This document shows, piece after piece, positions 1-7,950 of a DNA stretch of 10,000 bases. The position numbers were made by a program, and so were the translations under genes. How positions within the stretch are numbered: position 1 is the first letter of the stretch; every line of letters starts with the position of its first letter. A model generated the notes under the pieces. The model did not search any database and had not been told where the DNA came from. It was given only the letters and a program-made list of their open reading frames with translations. The stretch comes from Candidatus Eiseniibacteriota bacterium. Lineage in GTDB: Bacteria > Eisenbacteria > RBG-16-71-46 > DASYSL01. Location: contig JANPEF010000089.1 of the NCBI GenBank assembly GCA_031431875.1, positions 1-10,000 on the forward strand, given 5' to 3'.

Positions 1-1
1 T

Positions 2-475
2 CTCGAGCCCGCCGACGACTACCGCGCGGTCGCTCACGTGCGTTTCGCGTGGGGCGGTCGTGCGGTCGACGCCTACTCCACGCATCTGCATCACACGCCG
101 GAGGGCGGTGCCATCCGCGCGACGCAGATCCGGCACCTGCTCGCCTACGTGGACTCGACGCAGGGCGACGGGCCCACCGTGATCGCGGGCGACTTCAACG
201 CCGAGTTGGGCTCGCCCGAGATGGACCTGGTCAGGGCGCGATACGTCGACGCCTTCCAGTCGGTGCATCCAAAGGCGTCCCGCAGCGAGGCCGCGACATT
301 CAACCCGCGCTTCGGCGGTGACCCGGGAGCGATCGATCACATCTTCGTCGCGCGCGACGGGAAGAGACAGCTGACGCCGGTCGCGTGCGAGGTCATCTTC
401 CACACCGTCGGCCCCGACAGCGTGTGGGCGTCGGATCACTTCGGTGTGGTGGCGAGGGTGCGCGCGGAGAAGTGA
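2..475 (+). CDS. Endonuclease/exonuclease/phosphatase (EEP) family protein, 5'-truncated by the window edge
   Basis: Frame is open from base 2 (LEPADDYRAVAHV...) to TGA at 473-475. EEP motifs are present in the expected order: STHLHH, IAGDFNA, ATFN, IDHIFV, SDHFGV. Confidence 0.9.
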   Translation, partial: LEPADDYRAVAHVRFAWGGRAVDAYSTHLHHTPEGGAIRATQIRHLLAYVDSTQGDGPTVIAGDFNAELGSPEMDLVRARYVDAFQSVHPKASRSEAATFNPRFGGDPGAIDHIFVARDGKRQLTPVACEVIFHTVGPDSVWASDHFGVVARVRAEK

Positions 476-505
476 GGGGTCGAATCGGTGGCGACTCCCG
501 GGGAC

Positions 506-1147
506 TCAGAAGTCCAGCGAGGCGACGACGACGACGACGAGGGGCTCGTTCTCATCGGGGTTGAAGACGATGGCGCTCAGCTCCCCGCCTCCATGGGAGA
601 GGCCAAGGAGCAGCCCTCGCTGAAACTCCCGGTCGGATTCGTAGGCCTGGGTCCGCTGCACGACGACGCCGATCGTTCCCCAGTCCACCGGCATCACCGT
701 CAGCTGCGACCAGTTGTAGAAGAAGCTGTCGACGTCGTCGTCCAGGTCGAACACGTGTTCGCTCTCGCTGTAGAGCTCGAGCGCGCGCCAGCTCAACGAA
801 CCCTTGTATCCCGGCGCGACGCCCCGCGCGTCCCCGAAAACGAAGCCGGCGATCGGCGTTATCTCGAGCGCGAGCGACTTTCCCGCGCTCAAAGTCCAGC
901 CGATCCACGTCGAGGCGGTGTGGAGATCCTCGTAGTTGTAGCGCGCTTCCAGGTGCAGCCGTCCCCGGTCGACGGTGAACGTGGGCTGGATGTAGTCGTC
1001 GTCCCCAGGCACGAAGTACGCGTAGGACGATGCTCCAAAGGACCACGGAGTGGGCGGGCTCGACTGCGCCGCCGCATCGGTGCATGCGAGAACGACGCCG
1101 AACAGTGCGAGGGCCGGCGTGATTGCGCTCAGGAAGCCATGGGACAT
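506..1147 (-). CDS. Putative outer-membrane beta-barrel protein (213 aa)
   Basis: ATG at 1147 follows a GAGG-containing RBS. Signal-peptide-like N-terminus (MSHGFLSAITPALALFGVVLACTDAAAQ), alternating amphipathic aromatic-rich strands (LHLEARYNY, YKGSLSW, FYNWSQLTV) and a terminal Phe (VVVASLDF) as in BamA substrates. The ORF-track extension to 1498 is not protein-like. Confidence 0.75.
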   Translation of the reverse strand: MSHGFLSAITPALALFGVVLACTDAAAQSSPPTPWSFGASSYAYFVPGDDDYIQPTFTVDRGRLHLEARYNYEDLHTASTWIGWTLSAGKSLALEITPIAGFVFGDARGVAPGYKGSLSWRALELYSESEHVFDLDDDVDSFFYNWSQLTVMPVDWGTIGVVVQRTQAYESDREFQRGLLLGLSHGGGELSAIVFNPDENEPLVVVVVASLDF

Positions 1148-1257
1148 GGGCCCTCGAACCTCGATCGCCTGCCGTCGTGTCCCTCGGTCGCCTTCACCGC
1201 GACGCGAACGACGGCGAGAGCCAGAACGAACAGGAAAAGTTTCGCACTGAATTGCAT
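1129..1257 (-). CDS. Possible 42-aa small protein or truncated signal-peptide gene (MQFSAKLFLFVLALAVVRVAVKATEG...)
   Basis: GGAG lies 7 nt before the ATG at 1257. A basic residue is followed by a hydrophobic core. The ORF overlaps the barrel gene start by 19 nt. Confidence 0.3.
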   Translation of the reverse strand: MQFSAKLFLFVLALAVVRVAVKATEGHDGRRSRFEGPCPMAS

Positions 1258-1302
1258 GCGGCATCTCCGTCGGTTCAGGGGACACGGTAGCAACGGGCGG
1301 AA

Positions 1303-1329
1303 GGGCGCGCGATCGGGTCCAGCGCGCCC
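1303..1329 (-). terminator. GC-rich hairpin downstream of the HNH gene (possible terminator or element end)
   Basis: GGGCGCGC (1303-1310) and GCGCGCCC (1322-1329) form a perfect 8-bp inverted repeat 30 nt after the HNH stop. Only TT follows on the minus strand, so the U-tract is weak. Confidence 0.3.
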
Positions 1330-1359
1330 GAGAGCCGAAGCCGGTCGCATTCACGAACT

Positions 1360-2598
1360 TTACCCCACAGCTCGCCTTCCCGCGAGGCTCCGCGCTGCGC
1401 CCAGGTACTGCAGCGCCCCGCGCAGCCGCTCCTCGATGGTCGCGGCTCCGAGTGCTGCCGTGTGCGCTGCTCCAAGCCGTGCCTCGTCCCCACGACAACC
1501 AAGCCCGCGCAATGCCGACTCGACCTCGGGGTCGCGCTGCGCCGCGGCATCCGCGCGTTTGTGCTGCATGAACTCGCGTCCGAATGCCCGCTCGGCCTCG
1601 AGCTGGTTGTGCGCGCGACAGCGCAGGCGCAGCCCTTCGACGGTGGATTCGCCTCCTTGCGCGAACGAAACGACATGATCAAACTCGAGCATCCGCTCCG
1701 CGCCGCACTGCCGACCGCCGGAGCCGGTGAACGTGCAGCGGCCGCCATCGCGCACCCAGACGGCGCGGCGGACTGCCGCGGGGATCGCCCGGCCGCGGGT
1801 CGCCGGGAGCGCCGGACGGGCCGACGCCCGACTCGGGCGCACCGGGGCCGCGCCCTTGCGCTTCTCGAGCTGCACGAGCAGCGCGTCGAGCGCGCGGTCC
1901 AGCACTTCGGCGAGTTCGCCCCCGGGGACGGCGTGCGCCAGCAACGCCTGCGCCCGGCGCAACTTGGCGTGCGTCGCCTCGCCGATCGGCACCTGGACGA
2001 CGTAGCGGGGTGCGGGGGGAACATGCGCCAGCGCATGCTCCTCGGGCCGGGCGCCAACATGCGCCAGCGCATGTTCATCGGCCGCGGGGCCGGCCGGCGC
2101 CAGCTCGAGTTCGCCGGCCGCGTCGCGCGGGGCCGGCTGCACCGCCGGACGGACCACGATCACGCGGGCCCGAAGCGTCGAGGGCAGCGGCGCCGCTCCG
2201 AAATGGTCCGCGAGCCAGGCCTCGAGCTTGTCCTTCGATCGTCCGGCCGCAGCGGCGACGAGTTCGTCGATGTTCTCCCCAGTGAGGCTCGGTGCGAGCA
2301 CGCAGACCGCAGTCAGATGGAGCCGGCCCGCGGCCAGGTCGTCGAAGAGCCGCGGGAAGCGACGCGCGGCGCGCGCCGCCTGGATGCGCTTGGCCGTGGC
2401 GTCCTCGGAGAGCCGGAGCTCGCCAAGGCAGTAGGCGAACATGGACGAGTACCCGGCCGGTGCGTAGAGTCGGCGGGAGTCGACCTCGGCGATGTGCGCG
2501 AGCAACTCCGCGGTCTTGGCGCGATCGCGCGAGACGAGGGCCGTGAGTCCGGACAGCAGCGTCGCGTCATCGAGGTGCGTCAGTCGGTACGTGGACAT
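1360..2598 (-). CDS. DUF222-like N-terminal domain plus HNH endonuclease protein with a RuvA-C-like tail (412 aa)
   Basis: Likely start is ATG 2598 (MSTYRLTHLDDATLL...). N-terminal helical region LLAHIAEVDSRRLY-x3-GYSSMFAYC...RIQAARAARRFP...GRLHLT. HNH region IPAAVRRAVWVRDGGRC-x9-C...EFDHVV...GG...LRLRCRAHN. C-terminal SALRGLG...EA...IEERLRGALQYL. Confidence 0.88.
   Translation of the reverse strand: MSTYRLTHLDDATLLSGLTALVSRDRAKTAELLAHIAEVDSRRLYAPAGYSSMFAYCLGELRLSEDATAKRIQAARAARRFPRLFDDLAAGRLHLTAVCVLAPSLTGENIDELVAAAAGRSKDKLEAWLADHFGAAPLPSTLRARVIVVRPAVQPAPRDAAGELELAPAGPAADEHALAHVGARPEEHALAHVPPAPRYVVQVPIGEATHAKLRRAQALLAHAVPGGELAEVLDRALDALLVQLEKRKGAAPVRPSRASARPALPATRGRAIPAAVRRAVWVRDGGRCTFTGSGGRQCGAERMLEFDHVVSFAQGGESTVEGLRLRCRAHNQLEAERAFGREFMQHKRADAAAQRDPEVESALRGLGCRGDEARLGAAHTAALGAATIEERLRGALQYLGAARSLAGRRAVG
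2020..2075. repeat. Two direct copies (period 36) of an 18-bp palindromic unit inside the HNH gene
   Basis: AACATGCGCCAGCGCATG at 2020-2037 and 2056-2073. The second copy extends to AACATGCGC-CA-GCGCATGTT. The units encode HALAHV twice. Confidence 0.9.
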
Positions 2599-2599
2599 G

Positions 2600-2880
2600 G
2601 TCGGTCTCGCTTCGGGGGCGAGGTTCCGGAGTCGTGCGGGAATCGCACCGACGTTCCGATGATATCGCGCGAGTTGGACGCGACCTGGCGCGGCGCCAGA
2701 GCGCATCTTCGAGACGATCGCGAGCTCGGAAAGCAAACCACGCGATTCGCTCTCTCCTGCACGATCCTCGGCGCGCTGACGCGCCGTACGAGCCGGCGCA
2801 CGAGGCCACGACTCGCGCGCACCGAAAACCCGGCAACAAAAATTGAACAGCCCGTCGAGAATCTTTTGACGGTAGTTGCG
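2600..2880. other. Hairpin-dense intergenic region (candidate structured RNA or element end) upstream of the HNH gene
   Basis: Stems at 2606-2622, 2627-2658, 2685-2699, 2711-2754, 2769-2786 and 2852-2872, plus a long-range 9-bp pair between 2666-2674 and 2811-2819. High GC content inflates chance pairing. Confidence 0.3.
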
Positions 2881-2960
2881 AGTCGATCGGTCGGGCCCGC
2901 CGGATTCTGGTTCAACCGCAGTCAAGACTCCTCTGCTAGCCTCCGTGGCGGGAGGACGAC

Positions 2961-3416
2961 ATGGGGAACACCGTCAAGCGCTCCACCGACGAGAAGAAGA
3001 TCACCCTCCGCCCGGCAACCGCGTCGGACCAGGAACCCCTCGGCCGCTACGGCGCCGCGCTCATGCGCCAGCACCATGCGGCCGACCCGGGGCGATTTAT
3101 CCTGGTCGAGCACCCGGATGCCGACTACGGGCGCTTCCTCGTCTCGCGGATCACGAACCCGAGCAGCCTTGTCCTCGTCTTCGAAGGCGAAGGCGCGGTG
3201 CTCGGCTACGTCTACGCTGACGTCGCACGCCACCTGGGCGCCGGGCGCATGCTGCTGGGCGCCGCCATCGAGTGGATCCGCTCGAAGGGCCGGTCGCAGG
3301 TCGTGCTGATGACCAAGAGCCGGAACGAGCACGCGCATCACCTGTTCGCCGCGCTCGGCTTCCGCCCCACGATGATCGAGATGACCCTGGACCTGGGCCC
3401 GAAGGGGGAGAATTGA
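2961..3416 (+). CDS. GNAT family N-acetyltransferase, apparently with an internal in-frame deletion (possible pseudogene)
   Basis: GGGAGG RBS before ATG 2961. ITLRPAT start, LVLVFEGEGAVLGYVY strands, motif A ARHLGAGRMLL and motif B NEHAHHLFAALGF are present. The beta-4 strand normally found before motif A is missing. Confidence 0.85.
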   Translation: MGNTVKRSTDEKKITLRPATASDQEPLGRYGAALMRQHHAADPGRFILVEHPDADYGRFLVSRITNPSSLVLVFEGEGAVLGYVYADVARHLGAGRMLLGAAIEWIRSKGRSQVVLMTKSRNEHAHHLFAALGFRPTMIEMTLDLGPKGEN

Positions 3417-3418
3417 TC

Positions 3419-5024
<1,606 letters not shown>

Positions 5025-5194
5025 TCTCGAGAGCCTTCGCATGGCCACCTCGATCGAGTTCATCGGCCGCACGACGGAGAAAGAATCCCCTCTGCAATCC
5101 TTCCAGAAGAGCTAGGCTTCACGCTCACCCGCCTACCCTTGATCAGCAGGGATCCGGAATCCAGGAGCGCACGCCGCAACCGGAGAACCTTCCC

Positions 5195-6367
5195 ATGCCC
5201 TCCATTTCGATGCCGCGTTCATTTGCCCACGGCGCCGCGCTCGCCTGCCTTGCCATCGCCGGTCTCATCGCGCCCGTGGCCGGGGCGACTCTCTACGCGC
5301 TCGGAGGCAATCACGGACCCAGCGGTGGCCAGAGCGCGCTGTACACCCTGGACGACGCCACGGGAGTCATGACCTGGGTGGGGAGCCTGCACACCGCGGG
5401 AAGCTTCGATAACACCCTCTACAACGGTGGGCTCGCCTACGATCCCGGCGCGGACCGCATGTACGGGCTGGGTTGCGACTCGTCGGGCACGAGCGCCCTG
5501 TTCCTGGTCGACCGGACGGACGCCTCGATGGTCCGCCTCGGCTACTGCTACCCGCCGAACACCGGAGCGTTCTGCTCGGGGGGTCTCGCGTTCGACATCA
5601 CGAGCGGACGCCTGTTCGCCGTGGGCGACTTGAACCAGCCTCCGTACCAGCGCACCAGCCTCGTGGAGCTGAACCCGCTGACCGGCGCGGCGACGGTGCT
5701 GGGGGACCACAACCCCGCCGGCACGTACCTGTCCGGACTCGGCGCGGATCCCCAGACCGGCATCCTGTACGCGAACGGCAACAAGGCCTTCGAGTCGCAA
5801 TCCGCATTGTTCACGCTCGACAAGAACTCCGGCGCGGCCATGTTCGTGGGCTACCACGGGCTCACACTCGGCCGCCAGATGAAATACTCGGGCCTGGCGG
5901 TGAATCCCGTGACCGGGACCATGTACGGATTCGGGAGCTTCTCCGGGAGCCAGAACAACCTGTACACCGTGAACAAGGCGACCGGCACGGCGGTCTCGGT
6001 GGCGCCCGCGACACCGAACGGCATCGGCGTCGACGGGGCGCTGGTCTACGTCGGAACGGACATCCTCGCGGTCGCACCCGGCAAGGGCGTGACGACGCCC
6101 CTGCGCGCGTGGCCCAATCCGGCGCGCTCGGACGTCGCATTCGCGTTCAGCCTCGAGCAGCCCGGAACCATCGTGCTGGCGCTCCACGATGTCGCAGGCC
6201 GGCGCGTGGCGTCCGTCCCCGCCGGCGAGTTGCCCGCAGGCTCGCACGTGCTCCGCTGGAACGGACTCGACTCGAGCGGCGCCCGCCTCCCCGCCGGCCT
6301 GTGCTTCGCCACGCTTCGCGACCACGGAGTCGCCATCGGTCGCACCAGCGTGCTGGTGGCTCGGTAG
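5195..6367 (+). CDS. Secreted beta-propeller repeat protein with a C-terminal FlgD-Ig/T9SS-CTD-like domain (390 aa)
   Basis: GGAG RBS before ATG 5195. Signal peptide (...ALACLAIAGLIAPVAGA). Five repeats of L[YF]xLDxxTGxxxxVG interleave with GLA[YF]DPxxGxLYxxG. The C-terminal domain carries WPNP...LHDVAGRRV...WNGLDSSG. Confidence 0.85.
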   Translation: MPSISMPRSFAHGAALACLAIAGLIAPVAGATLYALGGNHGPSGGQSALYTLDDATGVMTWVGSLHTAGSFDNTLYNGGLAYDPGADRMYGLGCDSSGTSALFLVDRTDASMVRLGYCYPPNTGAFCSGGLAFDITSGRLFAVGDLNQPPYQRTSLVELNPLTGAATVLGDHNPAGTYLSGLGADPQTGILYANGNKAFESQSALFTLDKNSGAAMFVGYHGLTLGRQMKYSGLAVNPVTGTMYGFGSFSGSQNNLYTVNKATGTAVSVAPATPNGIGVDGALVYVGTDILAVAPGKGVTTPLRAWPNPARSDVAFAFSLEQPGTIVLALHDVAGRRVASVPAGELPAGSHVLRWNGLDSSGARLPAGLCFATLRDHGVAIGRTSVLVAR

Positions 6368-6536
6368 GTCTCGCCGCCCCGCGCAGCAGCATCATCACCG
6401 CCGGCGCTTCTTGCGCTTGAGCTCCCGCAGCTTCTTCGCCTCGCGACGTTTCGCGCGCAACCACCCGGTCGCCAGCAGACGACCCGGTCCCTGGCCTTCC
6501 GCTCGACCAGCGTCGCGAACACCCCCAACAATTTCG

Positions 6537-6567
6537 TGGACATACTGTGCGCAACACAGTACTGTGT
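6537..6567 (+). promoter_or_regulatory. Sigma70-type promoter overlapped by a palindromic operator (likely PadR autoregulation)
   Basis: -35 TGGACA (6537-6542), 17-nt spacer, -10 TACTGT (6560-6565). Inverted repeat TACTGTG-N5-CACAGTA (6543-6561) overlaps the perfect palindrome ACACAGTACTGTGT (6554-6567). Confidence 0.7.
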
Positions 6568-6572
6568 GGTCC

Positions 6573-6908
6573 ATGGGTGACACGGACGCCTTCGCCAAAC
6601 TGGAGATGGAACTCCGCCGCGGGGTGGTCGTCCTGGCCACCCTGTCGCAACTGCGCAAGCCGCGCTACGGCTACGAGCTGCGCCAGGCGCTGGCCGATCG
6701 GGACATGCCGATCGAGGAGGGGACCCTGTATCCGCTGCTGCGGCGCCTGGAGGGCCAGGGCCTCCTGCACAGCGAATGGCAGACCGAGAGCGGCTCGCCG
6801 CGGCGCTACTACGCGCTCACGGGCGACGGCCGCAGGCTTCTGAAGAAACTGACCGAGTCCTGGCAGGGCATGAATGCCGCCATGGTCCGGCTCCTGAGGG
6901 AGGACTGA
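6573..6908 (+). CDS. PadR family transcriptional regulator (111 aa)
   Basis: ELRRGVVVLATLSQL..PRYGYEL...IEEGTLYPLLRRLEGQGLL...PRRYYALTGDGR is the short PadR-like winged-helix pattern. Confidence 0.95.
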   Translation: MGDTDAFAKLEMELRRGVVVLATLSQLRKPRYGYELRQALADRDMPIEEGTLYPLLRRLEGQGLLHSEWQTESGSPRRYYALTGDGRRLLKKLTESWQGMNAAMVRLLRED

Positions 6909-6910
6909 CG

Positions 6911-7900
6911 ATGGATGCGAACGACGTGATCGAGGGTTACGTGAGCGAGGTGGCATTGCAATTGCCCCGCCGGCAGCGCAACGACGTGGCCCTCGAGCTG
7001 ACCGCGCTGCTGCGCGAGGGCCTTGAGGATCGTGCGGAAGCGGCCGGACGCGATGCCGACGCGACCATGGCGGTCGAGTTCCTGAACTCCTTCGGCCGGC
7101 CCGAGGATGTGGCCGCGCGCTATCGCCAGGCGTTGACCGTCATCGATCCGGCCGACGGCCCCCGGTTCGTGCGCCTGACCTGGATCGGCCTGGTGATCAT
7201 CTGGGGCCTTGGCCTGCTCGAGGTCCTCGGACAGCCGGGCGTCTCCGGCGCGGACACGATCCTGCTCATCGGCCGGTTCTGGTTCGGCACCGTGCTGCCT
7301 TCGCTGTGGTGGCCCGGGCTCCTCGTGGCCTACTTCGCCACCAGCGCCTGGGTCGGCCGGCGCTGGCCGCCGGCCGCCGACTGGAAGCCGCGCGCCAAAG
7401 ACCGCCTCGACGGCGGCCGCGCCGCGCTGCTGCTGGGCATGGCCGGAGTCGCCCTCGGTTGCGTCGTGCTCAGCAACCCCACCGTGGTGCTGGACGTGGT
7501 GTGGCAGGGCCGTGCGGCGCCGGCGGCCTATACCGCGCTCACCTACGACCCCGGCTTCCTGCAGCGCCAGGCGCCGTGGCTGTTCGCGCTGGTCCTTTCC
7601 AACCTGCCGCTCATGGCCTTTGCCCTGGTGAAGGGCCGACGCCCCGCCGGCCTGCGCCGCCTGGAAACCGGCCTCTCGCTGCTGACCTGCGCCATGATGT
7701 TGTGGGTGGTGTTCGACGGCCCGGTCCTCGCCACGCCGGCCGGCGACGAAACCGCGAAATTCCTCATGCTGGCGATCGTCGTGGTGGTCCTGCTCGGCCT
7801 CGCCGTGAGCCGGTACAGAGAGGTGCGCCCGGCCGCCACGAGAACAGCGGTCGCGGGCCCGAACGCCTCGGGGCACTCGGCATCGGAGCGTCCTCGGTAG
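6911..7900 (+). CDS. Membrane protein with an N-terminal HAAS-like domain, partner of PadR (329 aa)
   Basis: GAGGAGG RBS; the start lies 2 nt after the PadR stop. N-terminal IEGYVSEVALQLPRRQRNDVALEL...LNSFGRPEDVAARY matches the HAAS/DUF1700-like pattern and is followed by about six hydrophobic segments. Confidence 0.85.
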   Translation: MDANDVIEGYVSEVALQLPRRQRNDVALELTALLREGLEDRAEAAGRDADATMAVEFLNSFGRPEDVAARYRQALTVIDPADGPRFVRLTWIGLVIIWGLGLLEVLGQPGVSGADTILLIGRFWFGTVLPSLWWPGLLVAYFATSAWVGRRWPPAADWKPRAKDRLDGGRAALLLGMAGVALGCVVLSNPTVVLDVVWQGRAAPAAYTALTYDPGFLQRQAPWLFALVLSNLPLMAFALVKGRRPAGLRRLETGLSLLTCAMMLWVVFDGPVLATPAGDETAKFLMLAIVVVVLLGLAVSRYREVRPAATRTAVAGPNASGHSASERPR

Positions 7901-7950
7901 GCTGATGGGAGTGGGCGGTCGGCCGGTACTGTCGGCGCGGCACCTCCCGA

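Noticed and set aside
488..1678. 396-aa + strand ORF with an acidic DDDDDE run
   Set aside because: Antisense of the barrel gene; the Asp run mirrors its poly-Val strand.
2020..2075. CRISPR interpretation of the palindromic repeats
   Set aside because: Only two 18-bp units with an 18-bp spacer, inside a CDS, and no cas genes are present.
2599..2925. N-terminal extension of the HNH ORF in the track
   Set aside because: It starts at TTG, the sequence is not protein-like, and the family-like sequence begins at ATG 2598.
1300..2960. Terminal inverted repeats or target-site duplication around the HNH gene
   Set aside because: I found none that were convincing by eye, so no mobile_element feature is called.
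1462..3309. 615-aa + strand ORF
   Set aside because: Antisense shadow of the HNH gene that runs out of frame into the GNAT. It is Arg/Gly-rich with no motifs, as expected in high-GC DNA.
7905..7950. Bidirectional terminator between convergent genes
   Set aside because: Only an imperfect GGGAGTG/CACCTCCC pairing is present, with no U-tracts.
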